A stretch of 64,000 nt of DNA from an uncultured Planctomycetia bacterium (GTDB lineage: Bacteria > Omnitrophota > Gorgyraeia > 2-02-FULL-51-18 > JAGOUK01). Every line of letters starts with the position of its first letter. The stretch's first letter is position 1. The stretch is taken from NCBI GenBank assembly GCA_964430735.1, contig CAYSFB010000005.1:46390-110389 (forward strand), written 5' to 3'. Positions 1 to 9,100 of this stretch are shown here, in pieces. Below the pieces are notes generated by a model. The model made no database searches. It was not told where the DNA came from and worked only from the letters and a program-made list of their open reading frames with translations. A program made the translations under genes and the position numbers.

Positions 1-2
1 TG

Positions 3-3000
3 TTCCGTAACAAATGGTCGCGGTGGGTGAACGACGAAACCAAGGGCGCGCTGGATGGCCAGCGCGAGCGCTTCGCCCGGGCGCTGATCGAGGATCTCGA
101 CGCGGTTGAAGACGGCCGCCAAACCCGTTTGATCCGGGTGACGCGTGCCGGCGGCCTCGTGTTCATCGACGCCGCCGCGGCGCGGAAGGAGTATCCCGAC
201 GTCTACAAGAACCTCCAGCAGATCGCACAGAAGTCGCGGATTCCCAATTACCGGGAATCGGATCCCCAGTCCCGCGCCCGGCTCCTGAAGAGCCTTCGCC
301 GTGCCTTCGAGTTCGAGCTGGTGGAAGGGGAGGCCCGCCGTAACAATTTCCGCCACGACTTCAATTACAGCCAGGAGCGCAACCCGACGCCCGAGGAATT
401 CTCCGCCTATGTCAACACCTGGAACGACGCGCTCAAGGTCCACGAGTTGCACGGCCATGAAGTGGATCGTTTGCTGGGACACAGCATGCTGTGGCGGAGT
501 AATTACACGGGCGACGAACTCATCACGATCACCGAAATCACGGCCCATCTCATCTCGATGGCGCTGGGACGCAACCCCCACGGCGTCATTCTGCAGACGC
601 ACACCTACACGTCGCGCGGAACATCGGGCGTCGGATACCAGAACATCGGCGTCGAAGTCGCGTTCCGGCTGTTCGCCGCGCTGAGCGCCGCCGACCGGAA
701 CGCGCTGTGCCGGGCGTCAGGTGTCGCCGCCGAGGTCTTTCTTGACAAGTCCAAGCTCGAAAAACTCATGCTGCAGAATCCGGATTGGACTCTGCGGATC
801 GCCAACGGCTTCGCGGCGGTCAAGCCGGCTGCGCTTCAGGCCGCCGCGCTCAAGGCCTACCGCGATTATGTGGACGCCATCGAAGCGGACGCCGCCAAAC
901 ATGCCGGCAAGGAACGAGCGGGCAAGAACGGGGAAAACACCAAGCTGTTCGGCGCCACGCTGGACGCCTTCGCGCTCGAAATGCACGAGGGAAAAGACGG
1001 ACTGGATTCCAAAAATACCGGCAAGCTGCTCACGAAGAGCCTGCTGCGCGATCCGGGCTATCGGCAGGAAGTCGAAAAAACCGCCGCGGAGCTCGAAGCC
1101 AAGTTCCGCGACATCCTGCGGGAGAAACAAGGGGAGCCCGGTTTCAATCACGCCGTCCGCTACCTGATGGCGCGCCTGCGCCAGTTCGGCGATCCCGACG
1201 ATCCGGAGGTTTTCCGCCGCTTCATCAAAATCATGCCCAACGCGCACCGGATCGTGAAGGATGGCTGGACCCAGAGCCGCGTGGTCAAGCATTTTACCGG
1301 CGAACTCCAGACGCTGGACGGCATGCTCCGCGCCGGCCCGGGCACGGACCGTTTCGCCTCGAAGGAATCGGCGGCCAAGGGGCTTCCTGAGGATTTTGAA
1401 GGGATGGTCGATCGCGTCAACCGGAACAAACGAACCGCCGCCGCGCGGATCCGCCCGTTTGCGGAAGCGTCCGGTATCCCTGAGAGCGAGTATTCTCAGG
1501 AGCTGGACGACAATTCCTGCGTATACCTCTCCAAGAGCGGGTTCAGCAAAGTGGATTTTTATGTGGAAGGCAAGCTGCAGAAACGCGGCAGCACGCTGGC
1601 GTATTCCTTCGATTCGTTCCGGATGCTGGTCGTTTCCACGCAGGACAACCCGCTCACCATCAACGACGGGGAATACGAACACGTGCTCAACCACGAAATC
1701 CAGCACTTCAACATCGACATCACCAACGAGCAGATCCGCGAAGGCATCGTGGAAATCCTGTCGCTGCTGAACGCACGCGGGTTCGGCAAAGAACCGCAGA
1801 AGGGGTACCACGCCGTCCTGCAGCACCTTGGTTCATCGACGGATTACAGCTACCAGCGCTACATCACCAACTTGATCGAGGCGCTGCGCCAGTCCGGCAA
1901 CTGGAACCATGAGGTCCTGAGCTACGTCCAGTCCACCGGCGACACGAGCATCCTGAACATTCATTCGCTCGATTCAGCCCTGGCCGAGGTTCGGCTCCGA
2001 GGCGGCTCCGACGCCCAGGTCGTCTTGAAGCGGCGGAACGGAGGCAAGGACGATGCCAAGCCCTGGTCAGAGGTGAAGGCATTCGCGCGGCAGAACCGCA
2101 AGAGCTACGAACAGTTTCTCTATTCCGTCACCCGCCGCCGCAACGGGACGTTCGAGATTACCGAAACCGGCGGCAACATCATTCCTGACCGCGAGACTTC
2201 GCTGGACGAAGATGAAGATCCGCCTCCCGCGGATCCGGCTAAGAAAGACGCCGATGCGAAAGACGGTTCGGACCCCCCTCCCGGCGGCGATCCTGCCGCG
2301 GCCAAGCCTCCCAAACCGGATCCGCTGCAGACGGAAGTGCTTTTCAAGATGCCGTTCATGGTGCCCGGCACCGAAGACGACGAGGACGCAACCGAGCAGG
2401 ATATCGCCGCCTTCGCGCTCAAGCTCGGTTCAGACGTTCGCTGGGACCGGAGCTGGCGCGTCGGCAACGCCCGGCTGCTGCTGCTCGAGCCGGCCAAGGC
2501 GTCCGAGCTCAGCATCGCGCTTGGCGGAGCTTATCCCGCCGGCACCGAATGGGCGGTCGTAATGGATGCGTCTTTGCCGGATGAACAGGCGGTCGCCCTC
2601 GTCCGGTTTGACCCCTATGCCCTCGAAGGCGGATTCCCGGATACGGGCCGGCTCCGGATCGTATCGGTGCTGCATGCAGAACAGGCACATGATACGGCAC
2701 TACCGGACGAAGCGCTGGAGCCGAGCGAAGCGCTCAGAGCATTGTTTTCGCCCGTTGTCGAAGGCGGCCTGGAGAACTATCGAGCCACCCGCGAAGGCCA
2801 GATCGAGACGCTGCTGGATCAGACCTGGGCCGTGATGAATATCCGGGTGGCGAAGTGGATTTTGAACGGCCTCTACACTGCGGAAGAGATCAACCGGAAA
2901 TTTGAGAATGATGCGCAGATGACCATGCTTGCTCTTGCGGAGAAATATGGGTGGGAACCTCCCGAAAAAATCATCTTCCCTGCCAAGAATGCGAAGGTCG

Positions 3001-4493
3001 GTGCCGAAACGAATCCTGTCGCGATCAACCTTTCTGCGGCAACAGGAATGACTCACGGCATTCACCGAGGCAAGATCGGCCCCGGGTCCACTCCGGGCCC
3101 GGTGAAGTACGACGGCCCTATCGGGGCTGTCTTCCAGGCCGCGGACGGATCCTGGAAAATCACCGTCACCGACAATACCGGTTCCGTATTCGTAGGTCCC
3201 ATGACGGACAAAGACAAGCAGATGTCGATTCTCGTTTCCGGAATCGTAAAATCTCAAGCGGACGCGATATCGGTCCGCGGCCTTCTGTCTGACGGTGACC
3301 AGGAGCTTGACCGGCAGGTCAAAGCCAATGGTTTGACCTGGCTTGCGCGGGGATCTTTGTCGAACCACCGTGAATCGCGCGTCACGCTGGACATCACTTC
3401 GGCCAATGTTCCTGACGCAGAACTGGCTGAAAGAGCTCTTCAAGCGCTTCACGGGCTGGACGATGACATGGGTCAGGAATCCCGCACAACTCCCATCAGG
3501 GAAGGGGAATCGTTCTCCGTTGAGCCGTTCCTGGCGCGCGGTACGGGCGTCAAGTCCGTGCGCCGCACATCGTTTTGGAAACCTGCCGGCGGCGGATGGG
3601 AACCAGTGGCCCAGGCGCGCAGGAGTTCCGACACGCGAATGTGGACCGAGCATGTGACCGATGGAGCGCACGCCTGGACCGAAGAACGCACGCTGCGCGC
3701 GATCCGGACCGATGACGGCGTCCTGCGGTACATCGACCAGACAGCATTGGACGTTGAGGTTGTATTTGAAACGTCGTCCGGCGCGCGTCTTGCGGGACAG
3801 GCGGCCGTCGAGACCGCTGAGCGCGGCGCGGAAGACTGGAAAGCGGCGATGTCGCTCTTGATGGTGTTGCGCGAGAACCGAACCGTTTCGCGGCCGATCG
3901 CGATGCCCGCAAGCCTGTTCTACTCGGATGATCGTCTGGATGCTGATTTTATTCGAATGCTCGGAATCTTTAGAACCGCATTGAGCGGGCGGACTCAGGT
4001 TTACGGCAGCGAAGCGGATCTGATGCGGTTGCAATCTGATCTTGCCGCAGCTGCCGGCTCCGGACAGCTTGTCGCCGGGATGATCGATCCCGTGGCACTG
4101 CAGGATGATCTTGCCAAACCGGAACAGATTCGCCGCCATCTGGAGACGAAGGGCCTCGGAGTTGACCCAATCTTCGTGATAGCCGAGAATGATTTAGAAA
4201 AACTGCCCTCAGGAACCGGCTCCGAGCACTGGGTGGTTCTGCCGCAAAAACCGCAGGCCGAAGTTCGCGTGGGAGGAGTTGAAGCGCTGGCCGTCGCCGT
4301 CGCCGCCAACTGGCGGGACGAAATCCTGTCGCTGTTCAGCGGTGGGAGTGGCGAGCTCTACGCGCGCGAGGATCTTAAGACGCTGTTACGGCGACCGACG
4401 CCTTGGGTGCGTTTCCTGAATTTGCCGCAACGGCTGTCTGAACTGATCGGTCAGCTGGTGCAGGGCGCTCGAATGACATCCGCTTCAGCCTAG
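3..4493 (+). CDS. C-terminal portion of a giant multidomain protein. The 5' end lies outside the window: the frame is open from base 3 and the GTG at 27 is only the first start-like codon.
   Basis: The frame is uninterrupted from the window edge to the stop at 4493 and the antisense frames are broken. It contains HEIQH (HExxH) at about 1692-1706 and a P/D/K-rich linker at about 2211-2340. SGARLAG at 3777-3797 is the same pentapeptide that recurs in the downstream giant ORFs. Confidence 0.7.
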   Translation, partial: FRNKWSRWVNDETKGALDGQRERFARALIEDLDAVEDGRQTRLIRVTRAGGLVFIDAAAARKEYPDVYKNLQQIAQKSRIPNYRESDPQSRARLLKSLRRAFEFELVEGEARRNNFRHDFNYSQERNPTPEEFSAYVNTWNDALKVHELHGHEVDRLLGHSMLWRSNYTGDELITITEITAHLISMALGRNPHGVILQTHTYTSRGTSGVGYQNIGVEVAFRLFAALSAADRNALCRASGVAAEVFLDKSKLEKLMLQNPDWTLRIANGFAAVKPAALQAAALKAYRDYVDAIEADAAKHAGKERAGKNGENTKLFGATLDAFALEMHEGKDGLDSKNTGKLLTKSLLRDPGYRQEVEKTAAELEAKFRDILREKQGEPGFNHAVRYLMARLRQFGDPDDPEVFRRFIKIMPNAHRIVKDGWTQSRVVKHFTGELQTLDGMLRAGPGTDRFASKESAAKGLPEDFEGMVDRVNRNKRTAAARIRPFAEASGIPESEYSQELDDNSCVYLSKSGFSKVDFYVEGKLQKRGSTLAYSFDSFRMLVVSTQDNPLTINDGEYEHVLNHEIQHFNIDITNEQIREGIVEILSLLNARGFGKEPQKGYHAVLQHLGSSTDYSYQRYITNLIEALRQSGNWNHEVLSYVQSTGDTSILNIHSLDSALAEVRLRGGSDAQVVLKRRNGGKDDAKPWSEVKAFARQNRKSYEQFLYSVTRRRNGTFEITETGGNIIPDRETSLDEDEDPPPADPAKKDADAKDGSDPPPGGDPAAAKPPKPDPLQTEVLFKMPFMVPGTEDDEDATEQDIAAFALKLGSDVRWDRSWRVGNARLLLLEPAKASELSIALGGAYPAGTEWAVVMDASLPDEQAVALVRFDPYALEGGFPDTGRLRIVSVLHAEQAHDTALPDEALEPSEALRALFSPVVEGGLENYRATREGQIETLLDQTWAVMNIRVAKWILNGLYTAEEINRKFENDAQMTMLALAEKYGWEPPEKIIFPAKNAKVGAETNPVAINLSAATGMTHGIHRGKIGPGSTPGPVKYDGPIGAVFQAADGSWKITVTDNTGSVFVGPMTDKDKQMSILVSGIVKSQADAISVRGLLSDGDQELDRQVKANGLTWLARGSLSNHRESRVTLDITSANVPDAELAERALQALHGLDDDMGQESRTTPIREGESFSVEPFLARGTGVKSVRRTSFWKPAGGGWEPVAQARRSSDTRMWTEHVTDGAHAWTEERTLRAIRTDDGVLRYIDQTALDVEVVFETSSGARLAGQAAVETAERGAEDWKAAMSLLMVLRENRTVSRPIAMPASLFYSDDRLDADFIRMLGIFRTALSGRTQVYGSEADLMRLQSDLAAAAGSGQLVAGMIDPVALQDDLAKPEQIRRHLETKGLGVDPIFVIAENDLEKLPSGTGSEHWVVLPQKPQAEVRVGGVEALAVAVAANWRDEILSLFSGGSGELYAREDLKTLLRRPTPWVRFLNLPQRLSELIGQLVQGARMTSASA

Positions 4494-4515
4494 CGGGAAT
4501 CCATCTGAGGTTATC

Positions 4516-4544
4516 GTTGAACGCTTAAAATGCTGGCATAAACT
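4516..4544 (+). promoter_or_regulatory. Candidate sigma70-type promoter for the TPR lipoprotein operon (-35 TTGAAC, 17-nt spacer, -10 TAAACT).
   Basis: TTGAAC at 4516-4521 and TAAACT at 4539-4544 sit in the 84-nt gap between the giant ORF stop and the next start. Confidence 0.3.
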
Positions 4545-4577
4545 TACTTGCGGCCAGAGAGGCGAGACAAAGTGCGT

Positions 4578-5360
4578 ATGAACAGATTAAAAAAATTTGA
4601 AATAAATCATCTAGAGCAGTGCTGGCTGATGGTGGCGCTGATCTTGATGGGGTGGCTTCTTGCTTGTTCCGCGATCGCCGCAGAAAGCCAACCGCCCGCA
4701 ACCGCAGCCGAAAAGCAATCCCCGCCGCAGGAGGCTTCCCAAAAAACCTCTGAAAAGGCATCCGAACCCCGTCAATCCATCCAAGAACAGATACAAGCCA
4801 TGCATTCCCGTCTCCACCGGCTCGTTCTGGAGCAGAAATACGTCGAGGCGATCCAGGTCGGCCGCAAATTGGTCCGGATCAAGGACCGGCTTCCGTACGC
4901 TCACAATGACATCGGCCACTCCTATTACATGCTCGGCAATTTTCCTGCGGCGCTGGAGCATTTTAGAAAGGCCGCGATTTACGAATCAACCAAGCTCGAG
5001 TTCAAGACCAATGTCGGCATGGCGCTCGAGGCACTCGGCCGTAAAGACGAAGCGGAAAAAACCTACCGCGAGGCCGCGGAAGCCGGCCATCTTCTGGCGC
5101 GGGTGCGTCTGGGCCGGCTCAAGTACGCAGCGGGCGATTTGCAGGCTGCAGAAAAAGAACTCAGTCTGGTTTTGAAGCAGCAGCCCAAGCACCCCGGCGC
5201 GCTGCAGCAAATGTCCCGAATCCGGTTTTCGCAAAAAGATCGGACCGAGGCGGCCCGGTATGCCCGTGAAGCGATCGATGCCGGATACAGGGGCTTCAGC
5301 CGTAACTATCTCGTAATGATCGGCCTGGCTGATCCTCCCAAGCTTCCGTCTGCCAAGTGA
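4578..5360 (+). CDS. TPR-repeat lipoprotein. An alternative upstream TTG start at 4548 is given by the ORF track.
   Basis: Translation from the ATG at 4578 gives MNRLKKFEINHLEQCWLMVALILMGWLLAC, a signal peptide with the lipobox LLAC. It is followed by a Q/P/S-rich linker and TPR-like helical repeats (YAHNDIGHSYYMLGNFPAALEHFRKA; NVGMALEALGRKDEAEKTYREAAEAG). The stop overlaps the next start as ATGA. Confidence 0.55.
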   Translation: MNRLKKFEINHLEQCWLMVALILMGWLLACSAIAAESQPPATAAEKQSPPQEASQKTSEKASEPRQSIQEQIQAMHSRLHRLVLEQKYVEAIQVGRKLVRIKDRLPYAHNDIGHSYYMLGNFPAALEHFRKAAIYESTKLEFKTNVGMALEALGRKDEAEKTYREAAEAGHLLARVRLGRLKYAAGDLQAAEKELSLVLKQQPKHPGALQQMSRIRFSQKDRTEAARYAREAIDAGYRGFSRNYLVMIGLADPPKLPSAK

Positions 5361-7291
5361 TGATCCCGGCACTGGGATCGGATCTGCGCTCCAGAGCCTC
5401 GAATCCGGTTTGCTGGCTCCTCCTGGCGGCGATCGTCTTGCTCGGGACCTGGCTGCGCCTGCTGCCCGTCCTGTCGGTCCCCGAATCGGACTACCTGGGC
5501 GACGCGGAATTCAATTACCGGATGACGCGTGAGGTCGTCCAAAGCGGCCGCCTGCCGGAAGTGGACCGTTTGTCCACCCATCCCGTCGGCAAGCACGTTT
5601 CCCGGGAGCTCCCGGTGTTCCATTACCATCTTCAGGCGGCCTTCCATCACGCGGCCGCGCTCGCCGGCCGGGACGATCTCAAGCAAAACACCTTCCTCTA
5701 CAACGCGCTTCTGGGCGCCCTCATTGCCATCCCGGTCTACATCCTGACGCTCGCGTTGGTCGGGTCGCGCCAAGCCGCGCTCATCGCAGCGCTCATCGCC
5801 GTGATCCTGCCCATGGGAATGATCCGATCCTTCAGCGTCTACAACCGTCAGGAGGTTACGGGCGTGACGGCCGGACTGCTCGCCCTGGCCCTGTGGATCC
5901 GCGCCTGCTGCGAACCCGGGGATCGCCGGTCCCTGGCGTTTTCCGCGGCTGCCGGCGCCGCCTTCATCGCGGCGTTTGCGAGCTGGCGGATGAACCTGCT
6001 GCTTTTCCACGTGATATCGGTCATTTTTTTGCTCATGGCAACCGGGAACTTTGCGCACAAGCGCCAGATCGCCCGCGGAATGACGATCCTGTGCGCCGCC
6101 TATCTGCTCTCCTGCATCGGTCTTGAGTATCTGCGTCATTACCGCGTCATCTTGTCGGCGGAGTCGGCGTTGACGTTCGTGACCCTCGTCGCTTCCGCCT
6201 TTGTCTGGAAAAATTCCAAACTCACGATGACGTCCGCTCAAAAATGGATCTATCGGGCTGCGGTGGTCCTCGTTCTTGCGAGCCTGACATGGCTTTTTAT
6301 GCGGTTCGGCATGCAGACGCCCGGATCGGGCGTCGCGAGTCTCTTGGCCATTGCTTTGAGGCAGATGGGATATCCCGTCAGTCTCACGGACGAGCAGAAT
6401 CTTTATTTCACCAGCGTCGAGCTGGCGCCCATGCCGCTTGATTCGCTGTTCGGCCCGATGCGGCTCGGCTGGATGTCGCTTTGGCCGCTCGTGTTTTGGG
6501 TTCGGCCTTTCCGCATCCAGTCCGAACGACCGCAGTCGGGGTATGCGTGGGCGGTATCCGGACTTGTGACGGTGGTCGCGCTGGCGGGCACGCTGTTGGT
6601 CGCCTCCCGGAATCAGGTTTTTTTTAGCCCCATGTTCGCAGTGTGGGCAGGGATCGGGGGCTGGCAGACCGCGCAGGAACTGCGGCGGCAGATCTCCGGC
6701 AAATGGCTGACGGCCGCCGCCGTGGCGGTGATGACGGTCTTTATCGGCGTCGCCGGATATCACGCATATGACATTATGAAAAACTTGAATCCCAATCAGC
6801 TGAAACGAGACGATTCCTTCAACGATATCCTCAAATGGATCCGAAGCGAGACCGAGCCGAATGCCGTCATCTGGGCTCATTGGGCGCACGGCTATCCGAT
6901 CCAGACGCGCTCAGAGCGGGCGACCATCCTGGACGGCCTCTTTGAAGTTCCGGAAATGCGCCGCCGGGTCCTGGAGGAAAAAAGCGTGGTTCGGAGCGGG
7001 GACCCCCAAAAAATCTTCGATTTTTGCAAAAAGTACGGAGTCAGCTATGTCCTGGTCAGCATGAACCATCTCCCGTCCTATCGAGACCGCCGCATGGACC
7101 GTGACGACGTGCTGGACCGGATTGTGCTTCAGCACCCGGAAAAACTCCCGTTTTTTGAGACACTTTTCCGTAATGAGCGGTTCGTCTTTTATAAGTTTAA
7201 TCCGATCCGGGAGGCCGAGAGGGCCCAATCACAGGGGGGCAGGACTCGAAGGTCCACTTTTGAGTATTTACAGACTGCCGGTCCGCAATAA
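5357..7291 (+). CDS. Polytopic GT-C family membrane glycosyltransferase, STT3/AglB-like (oligosaccharyltransferase-like).
   Basis: The N-terminal half has about 11-13 hydrophobic helices. The first lumenal loop carries D-A-E-F-N-Y-R, which resembles the STT3/AglB DPYFNYR motif. The C-terminal soluble part carries IWAHWAHGYPIQ, a degenerate counterpart of the WWDYGYQI box. The start overlaps the upstream stop (ATGA at 5357-5360). Confidence 0.5.
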   Translation: MMIPALGSDLRSRASNPVCWLLLAAIVLLGTWLRLLPVLSVPESDYLGDAEFNYRMTREVVQSGRLPEVDRLSTHPVGKHVSRELPVFHYHLQAAFHHAAALAGRDDLKQNTFLYNALLGALIAIPVYILTLALVGSRQAALIAALIAVILPMGMIRSFSVYNRQEVTGVTAGLLALALWIRACCEPGDRRSLAFSAAAGAAFIAAFASWRMNLLLFHVISVIFLLMATGNFAHKRQIARGMTILCAAYLLSCIGLEYLRHYRVILSAESALTFVTLVASAFVWKNSKLTMTSAQKWIYRAAVVLVLASLTWLFMRFGMQTPGSGVASLLAIALRQMGYPVSLTDEQNLYFTSVELAPMPLDSLFGPMRLGWMSLWPLVFWVRPFRIQSERPQSGYAWAVSGLVTVVALAGTLLVASRNQVFFSPMFAVWAGIGGWQTAQELRRQISGKWLTAAAVAVMTVFIGVAGYHAYDIMKNLNPNQLKRDDSFNDILKWIRSETEPNAVIWAHWAHGYPIQTRSERATILDGLFEVPEMRRRVLEEKSVVRSGDPQKIFDFCKKYGVSYVLVSMNHLPSYRDRRMDRDDVLDRIVLQHPEKLPFFETLFRNERFVFYKFNPIREAERAQSQGGRTRRSTFEYLQTAGPQ

Positions 7292-7560
7292 AGGCCATGT
7301 AAGTAATTCAAAATATAGATATTGAGGCATTCGACCTATAATTTAGTAGACAAAAAATATAAATATCTCTTCCTTGAATTAAACAGCACGGACCTGTATA
7401 CTTCTCATAGTTACGGGGGTAACTGGGGGGATCCATGTCATCTTTTCAATTTGTCGTTCTATCATTTTTGTCTCGGTGATTTGTTTTTTTCCGATCATAT
7501 TTAAAAAATTTGATTAAGTAAAAGTACAAAGATAAAAAAGCGATTCAAAGAAAGATAAGA
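7292..7560. promoter_or_regulatory. AT-rich intergenic island upstream of the 10.3k-aa gene, a likely promoter/leader region.
   Basis: About 270 nt of strongly A/T-rich sequence sits in otherwise ~64% GC DNA, with poly-A/T tracts and several -10-like hexamers (TATAAT at 7337-7342, TATACT at 7397-7402). Confidence 0.5.
7375..7402 (+). promoter_or_regulatory. Near-consensus sigma70-like promoter (-35 TTGAAT, 16-nt spacer, -10 TATACT) about 160 nt upstream of the giant gene start.
   Basis: TTGAAT at 7375-7380 and TATACT at 7397-7402. Confidence 0.35.
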
Positions 7561-9100
7561 ATGACCCTTCAACGACCTGGATTCAAACTCCTCGTGAAGA
7601 TCGTCGCCTCGGTGACGGTGGTTACCTTTTTCTTTCAGGATGTTGTCATGGCTACCGGCGGCACACCGGTTTGGAAGACGACGCCCGTCGCGCTGTCTGC
7701 GGGTGAGCGCGGGGCCGGCAAGCAGGTCCCCGAGGTCTCGGCCTCGCTGGGGGTGAAGCGCAGCGAGCATCTTGACGGCGAGGCCGACGAACTCATCGTC
7801 AACATCCAGGACGCCCACTCCTCGATCGGCGCGCAGAAGGCCGCATCCAAAATTTTTGCCGAGCTCGTCAGCCAGTACGACCTCGACGTCATCGGCGTCG
7901 AAGGATCCTCGGGCGCGATCGACACGAGCCTCGTTTCCGCCTTCCCGGTCAAAAAAGTCCGCGAATCGGTCGCAGAGTCGCTGCTGCTCAACACCCGTAT
8001 CGGCGGGGCTGAATTTTTCCAAATGATCTCCCAGGACGACGTCGAGCTCGTCGGCGTCGAGGACCCGGAGCTCTATCAGAGCAACATCCGCGTCTACCAG
8101 CGCCTCATCGCCGATGAGCCGCGCATCCGCAAGGCGCTCTCCGCGCTCAAAGAAATCCTCACCGCTCTTGAGCAGTCGATTTATTCCCAGGAGCTGCGCG
8201 ACTTCCGCCGCCAGCGCCTTCTCCACGAGTCGGGCGACCTCAAATTCACCGAGTACTGGCATTTTCTCAAAGCGCTGGTCGTGCGTTCCGGTCTTTTGAC
8301 CTCCGGACGGCCCAACCTCGAGAAGCTGATCCGCACTGCGGAGCTCGAGGATGAGATCGACTTCAAGTCCGCCACCCGTCAGCGCGACCTGCTCGTGAAA
8401 GAGCTCAAAACCAAGCTCTCCGGAGACGATCTTGCCAGCCTCGTCAAAGAAGCGGTCCGGTTCAAGCTTGGCAAAATCACTCCCGGCCGTTTCCACGCCT
8501 CTCTCGTCGAGCGCGCCCGCGACGCCGGCGTCGACCCGGTCGCCTACAAGGACTTCATTCTGTATGCCGAGTACGCGGTTCTCTACGAATCCATCGACTT
8601 TCTCCGCGTCTTTGAAGAAATCGCCGAGCTCGAGACGCGCGTCGAGGGGTCGCTGCTTCGCAAGACCGACGAACGCCGCCTCGCCTCGCTCGGCCGCACC
8701 GTCGACATCCTCGCGAAGCTGCTCGAAGTCAAGCTCACGAGCTCGGACGAAGCCTTTTTTCTGAACAACCGCGCGATGTTCGAGCCGGCGGCCCTGCAAG
8801 CCGCCGTCGAGGAGCTCGCTGACGAGCGCGGCATCGATGCCTCCAGAATCCATTGGAGGCTCCTGGCATCCGAAATCCCCGCCGCCGAAAAGTTCTACCG
8901 CCTCGCCAAAGAGCGCAACGACGCGATGCTGACGAATCTGACGAAGCGCATGCGCGAAAAGGGCAAGACGGTCGCCGCGCTCGTGACCGGCGGTTTTCAC
9001 ACCGAGGGGCTCTCCCGCCTCATGCAGGAACGCCGCGTCTCCCACGTCGTTTACATGCCCAAGTTCGATCCCAAAGACGGCGAGCGTCCCTACATCACCG
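7561..9100 (+). other. Conserved N-terminal module shared by the three complete giant proteins (family unknown, possibly Tiki/TraB/GumN-like).
   Basis: It aligns block by block with the N-termini of the ORFs at 38719 and 47149: IQDAHSSIGAQ / IQDAHTNESGQ / IQDAHTNASGQ; VIGVEGSSG / HVFTEGADND / HVFLEAGSGDD; LVGVEDPELYQ / LIGVEDEELYD / LWGVEDPALYA; and LVTGGFHTEGLSRLMQERRVSHVVYMP / LVTGGYHTPSLKRMLKDKGISYVSIMP / LVAGGYHAPNLKRLLRESGVSYVSILP. Confidence 0.6.

Noticed and set aside
301-1390. Nested same-strand alternative-frame ORFs (301..684, 721..1167, 785..1390 and many similar).
   Set aside because: They are out-of-frame overlaps of the main coding frame. Their Arg/Pro/Ser-rich translations are typical of frame-shifted GC-rich code.
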